A stretch of 36,212 nucleotides of DNA from an uncultured Candidatus Saccharibacteria bacterium. Lineage in GTDB: Bacteria > Patescibacteriota > Minisyncoccia > Phycocordibacterales > Phycocordibacteraceae. This document shows positions 10,448 through 18,663 of this stretch, piece after piece; positions within the stretch are counted from its first letter, which is position 1, and each line of letters starts with the position of its first letter. Location of the stretch: contig CAYHYY010000004.1 in the NCBI GenBank assembly GCA_964360975.1, forward strand, positions 1 to 36,212, in the 5' to 3' direction. The translations under genes were made by a program, and so were the position numbers. Below the pieces are notes generated by a model, which did no database searches, was not told the origin of the DNA, and saw only the letters and a program-made list of their open reading frames with translations.

Positions 10448-11409
10448 AACACGTTCGCGGTCGGCCGATTGAGGTAATGCGCGATCATGCGCGCCAGACC
10501 ATCTTTCATCGAAACGCTCTTCGTCCACCCCAGACTCTTCATTTTTTCCGTCGCGGGCAGTCTGCTCCCGTGATCCTCTATAAAATGCGGTTTAAACTCG
10601 ATACCGACCGTACTCCCGCTCATTTCGAGCAGCAATGTTGCCAACTCCTTGATACTCGTGGGCGCGTCGCCACCGACGTTGTAGGCTTCCCCTGACGCCC
10701 CTTTCTCCATCGCTATTTCGAGGCCATTCAATAAATCGTCTATGTATTGATGGGTGCGTGTCTGGCTGCCGTCTCCGTAAATCGTAAGCGGCCTCCCTTC
10801 TTTAATACTTCGAATGAACTGGGGTATGACGCGCGCATCATCGAGAGACATTCCTGGGCCATAGGTATTGAAAATTCGAACAACCGACGCATGCACCTTG
10901 TGCTTTCGTACATACATCGCCGTTACTGCCTCCGCAAATCGTTTCCCTTCCTCGTACGCACTTCGCGGACCAATCGGATTAACATTACCCGTGTAATTTT
11001 CATGCTGAGGAGTTACCTCAGGGTCTCCATATATTTCAGCAGTACTGGCAACAATAGTGCGAGCGTGTAGCTCCTTTGAAAGTTCAAGAACATTAAAAGT
11101 ACCATATGAACAGGTCCGAAGCATTTCCTCTGCGAGTGTCACCAAATTCGGCACTCCCGTTGGACAAGCCAAATGGTAGATGTGATCGAATTTCTTTCCG
11201 CTCATTAGTTTTGGAAAGTCCGCACTCGCCACATCTGCTTCTACAAACGTAAAACGCTCACTCAATAAAAGCGTTTCAACATTTGGACGATGCCCCGTGA
11301 TAAGGTTGTCCACGGCACAAACCGAGTGACCCGCCTCAATGAGTTTCCGAGATAGGTTTGAACCGATGAATCCAGCTCCTCCGGTGACCAATATTGACAG
11401 AGCGTTCAT
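10444..11409 (-). CDS. UDP-glucuronate decarboxylase-like extended SDR (UXS family)
   Basis: 321-aa ORF. VTGGAGFIGSNL and SAYEEGKR (YxxxK) closely resemble UXS-type decarboxylases. First gene of a three-gene overlapping operon. Confidence 0.85.
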   Translation of the reverse strand: MNALSILVTGGAGFIGSNLSRKLIEAGHSVCAVDNLITGHRPNVETLLLSERFTFVEADVASADFPKLMSGKKFDHIYHLACPTGVPNLVTLAEEMLRTCSYGTFNVLELSKELHARTIVASTAEIYGDPEVTPQHENYTGNVNPIGPRSAYEEGKRFAEAVTAMYVRKHKVHASVVRIFNTYGPGMSLDDARVIPQFIRSIKEGRPLTIYGDGSQTRTHQYIDDLLNGLEIAMEKGASGEAYNVGGDAPTSIKELATLLLEMSGSTVGIEFKPHFIEDHGSRLPATEKMKSLGWTKSVSMKDGLARMIAHYLNRPTANVL

Positions 11410-11503
11410 ACCATTTTTTGTTTAGGACAGGTGCGGATAGTATCACAGGGATAGCCCTTGCCAGAACGGCATATCCCGTTGCGTAATGCTTTATGGATGA
11501 AAA

Positions 11504-11531
11504 TTGCCGAATACGCTCTTTGTGCTATACT
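11504..11531 (+). promoter_or_regulatory. sigma70-like promoter of the RRM gene
   Basis: TTGCCG (11504-11509), 16-nt spacer, TGcTATACT (-10 at 11526-11531). Implies a roughly 100-nt 5' leader. Confidence 0.4.
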
Positions 11532-11639
11532 CGCGACACGAGTACGATTGTCTTCAACGTTCCAAAAAAACGCCGACGGAGGGCGTGTCGAAGGGATAGC
11601 TAAGCATCAAGCTCGACATTAGTTCTAAAGAAAAATACA

Positions 11640-11996
11640 GTGGCTAAGAAGTTATATTTCGGTGGGCTGGCATACAGCACTACCGACGACAGTTTACAAG
11701 CGGCTTGTGCCCCATTCGGGACCGTTGCGTCGGCAAAGGTCATCATGGATCGGGAGACTGGTCGTTCACGAGGTTTCGGATTCGTCGAAATGTCGAACGA
11801 TGATGAAGCAAGCGCAGTTGTTAAAGAGCTTGATGGCAAGGAAATTGATGGACGTGTGGTCCGCGTTTCCGAAGCTCGACCGCAGGAAAATGGCGGCGGA
11901 GGCGGAGGCGGTGGAGGCGGACGTGGAGGTTTTGGCGGAGGTCGCCGCGACTACGGTGGTGGTGGCGGAGGAGGCGGAGGCCGACAGTCTTGGTAA
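11640..11996 (+). CDS. RRM-domain RNA-binding protein with Gly/Arg-rich tail
   Basis: 118-aa ORF with GTG start. RNP2 LYFGGL and RNP1 RGFGFVEM. C-terminal tail has two poly-Gly runs separated by RGGFGGGRRDY. Confidence 0.85.
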   Translation: MAKKLYFGGLAYSTTDDSLQAACAPFGTVASAKVIMDRETGRSRGFGFVEMSNDDEASAVVKELDGKEIDGRVVRVSEARPQENGGGGGGGGGGRGGFGGGRRDYGGGGGGGGGRQSW

Positions 11997-12091
11997 CGAT
12001 TTGAGCGTAGCTCAAATCGTTCCTTCCAGCCCTCGTCTCGGAAATTGAGAGCACGCTCTCATTTCGCTCGACTCAGTTGGAAGTAGACACC

Positions 12092-12127
12092 AAAAAAAAC
12101 CCGGGGATTCCGACCTCGGGTTTTTTT
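12092..12127. terminator. bidirectional intrinsic terminator
   Basis: A8, then stem CCCGGGG/CCUCGGG (7 bp including one G.U) with a 7-nt loop, then U7. Confidence 0.7.
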
Positions 12128-12150
12128 ATTAAAAATGCTACTATGTGCGC

Positions 12151-12471
12151 ATGAAATCATTCGGCATACTTGTTGCAGTTTTCGTGCTTCTCGCGTTGGG
12201 CTGGCTGCTTAACGATTACGTGAATGGCACATTGAACGTGGAGCAATACAAAAGCTACTTTGGCACTACGTCGACGATGACGAAAAGCGAGGAGGACGAT
12301 ATCGGTGTCGGCGATAGTGTCATGTGCGCGCAAGTCATCACACCAGCCATCGACCCAACGACCAAGGAAATTAAAGAATTCCCGACGCCGTGCGATGTAC
12401 CGGAAGGCTGGGAAATCATCGTGAACGATGTGCCTTCGCTGGAACTCGGTGTAGAGCTAGAAGTTCAATAG
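12151..12471 (+). CDS. small secreted/anchored hypothetical protein
   Basis: ORF track starts at GTG 12145. ATG 12151 is preferred because it lies 6 nt after a TGcTACTAT -10 box. N-terminal hydrophobic helix and two Cys. Confidence 0.55.
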   Translation: MKSFGILVAVFVLLALGWLLNDYVNGTLNVEQYKSYFGTTSTMTKSEEDDIGVGDSVMCAQVITPAIDPTTKEIKEFPTPCDVPEGWEIIVNDVPSLELGVELEVQ

Positions 12472-12475
12472 GCTT

Positions 12476-13231
12476 TTGAACGATCGCCATCGGCTTTTGC
12501 ATGAAAAATATGGAGGCGTTCTGTCTCCGGCGTTTCTCGTTGATGCACGTCGATTGGAACAGGGTGAACCGCTGGCATACGTCATAGGGTGGATACCATT
12601 TTTGGACTGCAAAATCTTTCTTGATTCTCGTCCGCTCATTCCACGCCCAGAGACAGAATATTGGGTAGAGAAAGCAATCGAGACGATTCGATCAAAAAAC
12701 CCTGCGAGAGAATTGCATGTCCTCGATCTGTTCGCAGGTTCTGGATGCATCGGTGTCGCGGTCCTCAAACACCTTCCGAACGCGATGGTTGATTTCGGAG
12801 AAATTGATCCACTGCACTTCCCGACCATTGAACAAAACATCCGCGAAAACGTGCATCGCGCAGAATCACGCACTCTATTCCCGTATGGGAAAATAGTGCG
12901 TACGGATGTCTATTCGAACATTGAAAAAAAATATGACGTCATTCTCGCCAACCCGCCGTACATCTCTGAAACGCGTGTGGACAGGGTGGAAGGCTCAGTC
13001 ATCAAAAACGAACCGCGCCAGGCGCTCTTCGCCGATGAAGAAGGTTTTGCGCTCATTAGAAAAACAATTGAGGGTCTCCCGACGCATTTGAAGCCGGGCG
13101 GTTTCGCCATCGTTGAGCACGAGCCAGAGCATGCAGAGGCTCTCCAGAAACTTGCGGAAGGTATCGGCGTCACTGCTCATACCGAGCATGATCAGTTTGG
13201 GATTCTCCGCTACAGCGTCTGTACTCTGTGA
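12476..13231 (+). CDS. prmC: peptide chain release factor N5-glutamine methyltransferase
   Basis: 251-aa ORF with TTG start. SAM motif VLDLFAGSGCIG and catalytic NPPY (ILANPPYISE). Confidence 0.85.
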   Translation: MNDRHRLLHEKYGGVLSPAFLVDARRLEQGEPLAYVIGWIPFLDCKIFLDSRPLIPRPETEYWVEKAIETIRSKNPARELHVLDLFAGSGCIGVAVLKHLPNAMVDFGEIDPLHFPTIEQNIRENVHRAESRTLFPYGKIVRTDVYSNIEKKYDVILANPPYISETRVDRVEGSVIKNEPRQALFADEEGFALIRKTIEGLPTHLKPGGFAIVEHEPEHAEALQKLAEGIGVTAHTEHDQFGILRYSVCTL

Positions 13232-13264
13232 ATCACGGACTACAGCTTGTGGCATAATACCCCT

Positions 13265-13456
13265 ATGCCTGGAGGAATTCTTGCCGTCTTCTTTGTCTTT
13301 GCGCTTGTTTTTACTGCGGCATACGCCATAGGACTTTTCTATCATTGGTTACGATTCGGTTGGATGTATCCATGGGTGTATGTCGCATTACCGATATATG
13401 CAGCGGGTACGCTCCTTCTCCTCGTTACCATGCTCGGCGCTATGACCGTGTCATAA
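13265..13456 (+). CDS. tiny two-helix membrane protein
   Basis: ORF track starts at TTG 13247. ATG 13265 is preferred because it lies 6 nt after CATAAT (13253-13258). Two hydrophobic helices. Confidence 0.45.
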   Translation: MPGGILAVFFVFALVFTAAYAIGLFYHWLRFGWMYPWVYVALPIYAAGTLLLLVTMLGAMTVS

Positions 13457-13462
13457 GCAAAT

Positions 13463-14038
13463 ATGGATCTCACGAAACTCAAACTTCCCGATTTGGAAAA
13501 AGACGAAAGAGTCATCACCATCGTCTGGCATCACTGGTTCGTATTCTTTAAAGAACTCGTCGGACTGGCGCTCCTTTTCGTACTTCCTTTTATACTCATA
13601 CCCTTCGTCGTATCAATGTTTATCGGGCAAAACATCGAAGTTGGAGGCGCTCCAACCAATCTCGTTGTTTTTTTCTCGGCATTCTGGGCACTGGTCATCT
13701 GGAATGTGCTCTTTACCCGTTGGACAGACTTTTACTACGATGTCTGGATCATCACGAATTGGCGCATCATCGACATTGACCAGCAGGGACTCTTTCGGAG
13801 AAATATATCCTCTATCTTGAACTTGGATCATATTCAAGACATTCAGACCACGGTCGTGGGGATTATCAAAACGGTGCTCGACTATGGAAACATCGAGGTA
13901 CAGACTGCGGCAGCGAAACGTGAGTTTATTTTTGAAGATGTCGCGCATCCTCGGCAAGTTGAAAAAATGGTCCGTGACGCGCAAGCAGAATTGCTGCGCC
14001 TGAACAATCCAAAACACCATTACAAAGACGTCGACTGA
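13463..14038 (+). CDS. membrane protein, bacterial PH (YdbT-like) topology
   Basis: 191-aa ORF with two N-terminal TM helices followed by a soluble domain. Family assignment is tentative. Confidence 0.55.
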   Translation: MDLTKLKLPDLEKDERVITIVWHHWFVFFKELVGLALLFVLPFILIPFVVSMFIGQNIEVGGAPTNLVVFFSAFWALVIWNVLFTRWTDFYYDVWIITNWRIIDIDQQGLFRRNISSILNLDHIQDIQTTVVGIIKTVLDYGNIEVQTAAAKREFIFEDVAHPRQVEKMVRDAQAELLRLNNPKHHYKDVD

Positions 14039-14039
14039 C

Positions 14040-15290
14040 ATGAGTATTGATCCGTACAAAGGCGTTAGGGATTTTTATCCAGAGGACCAGCGTGTTCAGA
14101 ATCATATTTTCTCGGCTATGCGCCGTGCGGTTGAAATGTATGGCTACGAAGAAATGAATGCTTCCATTCTTGAGGCAACTGATCTCTACGTTAAAAAATC
14201 AAGCGAGGAAATTGTGAACGAACAGACGTACACCTTTACGGACCGCGGTGACCGCTCGGTCACCCTGCGCCCAGAGATGACACCGACCGTTGCGCGCATG
14301 GTAGCGGCCAAACGACGCGAGCTCGGATTTCCCCTCCGCTGGTACTCTATCCAAAATTTTTTTCGGTATGAGCGACCACAACGAGGACGACTCCGTGAAT
14401 TCTGGCAGTTGAATGCCGATCTCTTTGGCGCGTCAGAGACTGGAGCAGACATCGAGGTGGTGATGCTCGCCTATCGTGTTATGAAAGAGCTCGGAGCATC
14501 CAACACTGACTTCACCATACATATAAGCAACCGTGAATTTTTAACCAGTGCCGCGCAAAAATTCAACGTAGAAAAATCGAAACTTCAGCAGCTCGTCAGG
14601 ATCATAGATAAGAAAGACAAGATGGAAAGACAAGCCTTCATGGAAGCACTATCAGAGATTTTCGACACCCCCGAAGACGCACGCGCGTATGTAGAGACAC
14701 TGGAAGCCGCCGCGATGAACCCGCCCGAGGCAACAGCGCAATTCATTGCATCGCTCCGAGAGCTCGGTATAGAGAATGCCGAATGTAATCCATACCTCGC
14801 CCGGGGTTTTGATTACTACACGGGAATGGTTTTTGAAGTTTTTGACACGAACCCCGAGAACAAACGTGCAATGTTTGGCGGCGGACGGTACGACCATCTC
14901 ATAGAGAGCTATGGCGGTGCGCCAACGCCGGCTGTCGGTTTTGCTATGGGAGATGTCATTGCTCGAGATTTCCTTGAAACCCACAAGCTGCTGCCAGATC
15001 TTCGGCCAACGGCATCGCTATACCTCGCGCCAGTCACTGAAAGCGACACCGCCGAAACCCTCAAGGCGGCTGAAAGATTACGTGCAAGCGGCATCCATGT
15101 CGCCGTTGGCTTTTCGCACAAAAAGCTCGGTGATCACGTAAAAGCAGCGCTCAAACTCGGTATTCCCTTTTTAGCAGCATACGGAGCGACGGAAAAGGAG
15201 TCGGAACTACTGACGATTAAGACGCTTGGAAATGGAGCGGAAGAAAAGGTGACGATTGGCGCAGCAGCAGAGTACCTCACTGGTCAATAA
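14040..15290 (+). CDS. hisS: histidine--tRNA ligase
   Basis: 416-aa ORF. HisRS-type N-terminus KGVRDFYPED, motif 2 region FRYERPQRGRLREFWQ, GGGRYD region. Confidence 0.9.
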   Translation: MSIDPYKGVRDFYPEDQRVQNHIFSAMRRAVEMYGYEEMNASILEATDLYVKKSSEEIVNEQTYTFTDRGDRSVTLRPEMTPTVARMVAAKRRELGFPLRWYSIQNFFRYERPQRGRLREFWQLNADLFGASETGADIEVVMLAYRVMKELGASNTDFTIHISNREFLTSAAQKFNVEKSKLQQLVRIIDKKDKMERQAFMEALSEIFDTPEDARAYVETLEAAAMNPPEATAQFIASLRELGIENAECNPYLARGFDYYTGMVFEVFDTNPENKRAMFGGGRYDHLIESYGGAPTPAVGFAMGDVIARDFLETHKLLPDLRPTASLYLAPVTESDTAETLKAAERLRASGIHVAVGFSHKKLGDHVKAALKLGIPFLAAYGATEKESELLTIKTLGNGAEEKVTIGAAAEYLTGQ

Positions 15291-15297
15291 ATATGCT

Positions 15298-15864
15298 ATG
15301 AGACGCATAACACTCGACATCGAGACGACTTCGGCTGGAAGCATTTTCGATCCACGCACCATGGAGCTGTCTGTTATCTGCATTCACGACACTGAAGATG
15401 ATTCGTATAGGTCATATACCGTACCTGAACTGCCGAAGCTATGGCCCATACTCGAACGTGCTGACCTCCTCGTGGGGTTTAACTCTGATCATTTTGATAT
15501 CCCTATTCTCAACAAATACTACTCGGGAGATTTAACGCAAATTCGCTCTTTAGACCTGCTGACTGAAATCAAAACCGCGCTCGGCCATAGACTTAAACTC
15601 GACGCCATAGCGCAAGGCACACTCGGACGTGGAAAAAGCGGAAGTGGCTTGGACGCCGTAAAGTGGTGGGCTGAGGGGAAAATCGATAAAGTCATCAAGT
15701 ACTGCATTGAAGACGTAAAAATAACAAAAGAAATTTACGAGTACGCCCTGAAGCATGGCAAGCTCAAGTATTCCGACTTCGGTGCCAAGAAGGAAATCCC
15801 CCTCGATACGTCAAGATGGGAACTTGATGAAAAAGCTGCCTTGACGCATACGCTACCCTTCTGA
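15298..15864 (+). CDS. DEDDy 3'-5' exonuclease (RNase H-like fold, PolB-exo related)
   Basis: ORF from 15256 trimmed to ATG 15298, after the hisS stop. ExoI LDIETT, ExoII GFNSDHFDIPIL, ExoIII YCIEDV. Confidence 0.7.
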   Translation: MRRITLDIETTSAGSIFDPRTMELSVICIHDTEDDSYRSYTVPELPKLWPILERADLLVGFNSDHFDIPILNKYYSGDLTQIRSLDLLTEIKTALGHRLKLDAIAQGTLGRGKSGSGLDAVKWWAEGKIDKVIKYCIEDVKITKEIYEYALKHGKLKYSDFGAKKEIPLDTSRWELDEKAALTHTLPF

Positions 15865-15900
15865 TAAACACACTGCTCAAGATCTAGAGGTAGAGAGATA

Positions 15901-15946
15901 GAGGTATAGAGGCCTCGCCTCTATACCTCTAGAGGCGAGGCCTCTA
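15901..15946. terminator. interlocking inverted repeats between convergent genes (putative U-tract-less terminator)
   Basis: Hairpin A pairs 15901-15913 with 15917-15929 (13 bp). Hairpin B pairs 15911-15923 with 15930-15942 (13 bp). The two are mutually exclusive. A third small hairpin pairs 15930-15936 with 15940-15946. Confidence 0.4.
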
Positions 15947-15995
15947 TAATATGTGACAGGTGCTGAAACAAACCGCGTGTATCTGGCTGGTGATT

Positions 15996-16805
15996 CTAGA
16001 GGAGAAATAATATCAGTGCAGCCAAAGCAACTCTGTACGCAATAAAGACATAGAGTGGGTGGGTGCGCACAAAGAGCAGCAGCACGTGAATGGCGGCGAG
16101 CCCCGAAACAAACGCAGCAAGGCTTCCAAACAGTAGCTCGGGGCCTATTGAAGTCAGCGTTCCGTCAAGCCCTAATTCAAATAATTTCTTCATCCCCGAG
16201 CCGAGAATAATGGGTATCGCGAGCAGAAATCCAAATCGCGCTGCGGCCTCTCTTGAAAGCCCAAGAAAGAGCCCGCCTGAGATGGTCATCCCCGAGCGCG
16301 ACATACCGGGAATAAGTGCGAGCGCTTGGAAAAACCCAACCACGAGACCAGCCCATACGGTTACGCTCCCCGTCGCAGTCGCGCGATACTTCTTAGACAC
16401 ATACTCGGCAAGGAGCATGACGACCGAACCTGCGATGAGCGCGTAGGCAACGAGTTCCGCGCTGCGGAAAATGGTCTCCATGGTTTCTTCAAGAAAGAGA
16501 CCTGCTGTAACTGCGGGGACTGTACCGACCACTATGGAAAAAATAAGCAGGAGGTCCTCACGAGGCACATTATGACCAGCGATTCGCCGAAAAGCCGTAT
16601 AGACGAGTCTCTTGAGATCACGAGAAAAATAGACGACGACCGCGAGTGCGGTGGCAAGCTGAAGGACAGCGTCTACCGCGAGACCTCTTTCGGCTGATAT
16701 ATTAAAAAACTCCCTGACAAGAATCAGATGACCGGACGATGAGACCGGTAGGAACTCGGCCATACCCTGAATCAGGCCCAATATGAGAAATGAAAGGTAG
16801 TCCAT
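15996..16805 (-). CDS. uppP: undecaprenyl-diphosphate phosphatase
   Basis: 269-aa polytopic ORF. BacA/UppP signatures GLIQGMAEFLPVSSSGHL and PGMSRSG. Confidence 0.9.
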   Translation of the reverse strand: MDYLSFLILGLIQGMAEFLPVSSSGHLILVREFFNISAERGLAVDAVLQLATALAVVVYFSRDLKRLVYTAFRRIAGHNVPREDLLLIFSIVVGTVPAVTAGLFLEETMETIFRSAELVAYALIAGSVVMLLAEYVSKKYRATATGSVTVWAGLVVGFFQALALIPGMSRSGMTISGGLFLGLSREAAARFGFLLAIPIILGSGMKKLFELGLDGTLTSIGPELLFGSLAAFVSGLAAIHVLLLFVRTHPLYVFIAYRVALAALILFLL

Positions 16806-16861
16806 AGCAGGCGGCTGACCCGTATGGTACCATTCTGGAAACTTACCGATAATAAATTTGC

Positions 16862-17557
16862 ATGCCTCAACAGCAAAACCTATCGATTCCTTTAGCTATC
16901 GTGATTGCCGGCGCGTTCATCGCTGGCGCGCTCTATTTTTCATCAAACGGCCTTCCCTCGTTCTCGGGTGGAGATGCTGCAACAAACGAGCCGAGCCCAA
17001 GTAATGTCGCCCCCGTTACCGCCGACGACCATATTAAGGGGAGCAAAGATGCTAAGGTCATTATCGTCGAATACACCGATCTCGAATGCCCATTCTGCAA
17101 GGCTTTCCACATCACCATGAACCAGATAATGGCAGAGTATGGCGCAGGCGGGCAGGTCGCCTGGGTCATCAGAAACTTTCCGCTTCAACAATTACACCCA
17201 AATGCGCCGAAGCTCGCCGAAGCCGCCGAATGTGTAGCGGAACTTGGCGGCAACGAGGCGTACTTTGATTTTCTCGATGCCGTGTTTGAGAGAGCACCCA
17301 TAAACACGTTCTTCGATTTTTCCGAGATGGATGCGACCGTCGCTGAAGTTGGAGTCAACACAGCATCATTCAACGAATGTCTGAATTCGGGAAGATACCA
17401 GGAAAAAATAGGCAAAGAATTTCAGAACGCTGTCGATTCTGGCGGACAAGGGACACCACACAATATCGTCATCAAGAAGAACGGCGACACTGAACTTATC
17501 CCGGGTGCGCAGCCGTATGAAACCGTTAAATCTGCTATTGAGTCCGCGTTGAAATAG
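16862..17557 (+). CDS. DsbA-family thiol:disulfide oxidoreductase, membrane-anchored
   Basis: 231-aa ORF with N-terminal anchor and thioredoxin-fold active site CPFC (DLECPFCKAFH). A GATAAT box lies 8 nt upstream of the ATG. Confidence 0.8.
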   Translation: MPQQQNLSIPLAIVIAGAFIAGALYFSSNGLPSFSGGDAATNEPSPSNVAPVTADDHIKGSKDAKVIIVEYTDLECPFCKAFHITMNQIMAEYGAGGQVAWVIRNFPLQQLHPNAPKLAEAAECVAELGGNEAYFDFLDAVFERAPINTFFDFSEMDATVAEVGVNTASFNECLNSGRYQEKIGKEFQNAVDSGGQGTPHNIVIKKNGDTELIPGAQPYETVKSAIESALK

Positions 17558-17615
17558 CCTCACCGCTCGAAAGAGTAATTTGACACACTGAATCGCTGTG
17601 TGGAATTATATATGT

Positions 17616-17747
17616 ATGAATGAACTCGTGCCAAAGCCTGAACGAGAACTACAAGCGGTATTCGTTCTTACTTGTCCAGACTGTGGTAAGCGCTTTGGAC
17701 CGATGTTGTTTTCTATCCATGTCTGGCTCGGATGGTGCAAGAAATGA
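17616..17747 (+). CDS. possible 43-aa zinc-ribbon-like mini-protein
   Basis: Hand-translated: MNELVPKPERELQAVFVLTCPDCGKRFGPMLFSIHVWLGWCKK (CxxC...H...C). Below the ORF-track cutoff, and no promoter was found. It fills the gap before the convergent nuclease gene. Confidence 0.2.
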   Translation: MNELVPKPERELQAVFVLTCPDCGKRFGPMLFSIHVWLGWCKK

Positions 17748-17751
17748 TTCT

Positions 17752-18624
17752 CTATAGCTCGAGTCGATAAATATCAAAGGAGTTTTTCCCCTCAAACATG
17801 TCTGAAGGGTTGGGCAGGTAGGTGCGTCTTTCCTGTATTTCCTTCGATGCGTCCTTAAGAAGCCGATGGAAGAGCTTGAACTCATCGTCGCACTCGTCGA
17901 AATTGATGACGTAGCGTCGCATCTGTGACCGCCCATCTTTATTTCTTCGCTTCTTACACTCCTGAAGAATAAAGCGCCTCACCGGCCGCTTAAACTCTGA
18001 GAGCACCGTATAGTAATTAAAAATTGCCTGCAAAATGTAGAGTGGTTTCTCTGCACCAAGCGCGCTGAAAAACTCTACAAATTTATGGTCGACGATGTCG
18101 ACGCCGTTCCGGTCAACGGGTGACTCAACCACAAGATCAGAAACCGCTTTAATCGGCAGTGGTAAACCCTCAACCTTAGCAACTGCAACAGTCTCTATCC
18201 CGAGCACTTTGTAGCGAGGAGCTCGCGCTAGGTAGAATCCGATCGCCTGCATATACTCCATTTCCATGGCGAGACGTTTCTCCCTTTTGGCACGTTCGCT
18301 CGTTGCCTTCCCAAAATCAATTTCAAAGTCTGACACCCGCTGCAAATACTCGAGTCCCAATGAAATGGCAGCGCCCTTCCCTAGTCCTCCATAGAAATGC
18401 TGAAGCGCTACGTGCCCCGCGCGCCCGATAAAGGAGGACGCACCCTGCGGCGTATCGTAGACCCCTTCAACATACCGCTTGTGCCACGCGAGTGGATTCC
18501 GTAAATATGACATCAATGAGGAGTAGCTCCAGTGCTTGATTGGGTACAGTCGGGTATGACTTGCCATGCACTCATCATACCGGTTACTCGTCGCAAGGAT
18601 TCCGTTAGCGACATCGTATGTCAC
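17752..18624 (-). CDS. PD-(D/E)XK nuclease family protein (RecB/Cas4-like, PDDEXK_1-type)
   Basis: 290-aa ORF with GTG 18624; an alternative ATG at 18567 lies 6 nt after a TATGAT box. N-terminal WSYSSLMSYLRNPLAW. Nuclease core AVSDLVV, GVDIVDHKF (D-x-K), LQAIFNYY. No Cas4-type 4-Cys cluster. Confidence 0.65.
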   Translation of the reverse strand: MTYDVANGILATSNRYDECMASHTRLYPIKHWSYSSLMSYLRNPLAWHKRYVEGVYDTPQGASSFIGRAGHVALQHFYGGLGKGAAISLGLEYLQRVSDFEIDFGKATSERAKREKRLAMEMEYMQAIGFYLARAPRYKVLGIETVAVAKVEGLPLPIKAVSDLVVESPVDRNGVDIVDHKFVEFFSALGAEKPLYILQAIFNYYTVLSEFKRPVRRFILQECKKRRNKDGRSQMRRYVINFDECDDEFKLFHRLLKDASKEIQERRTYLPNPSDMFEGKNSFDIYRLEL

Positions 18625-18663
18625 TCATACGAAGCAATGAGGGGGTATTCACTGCTTCCCAAA

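Noticed and set aside
9121-10528. N-terminal extensions of the GT2 ORF (to 9195) and the dehydrogenase ORF (to 10528), which overlap the upstream genes.
   Set aside because: Internal ATGs at 9120 and 10447 abut or overlap the upstream stop codons and precede the first conserved or hydrophobic segments. The extensions lie in a different frame of the upstream coding sequence.
11662-12054. Alternative-frame ORFs across the Gly-rich tail of the RRM gene (11662-12048 +, 11821-12054 -, 11600-11839 -).
   Set aside because: They are artefacts of the GGN-repeat DNA. The RRM frame carries canonical RNP1 and RNP2 motifs.
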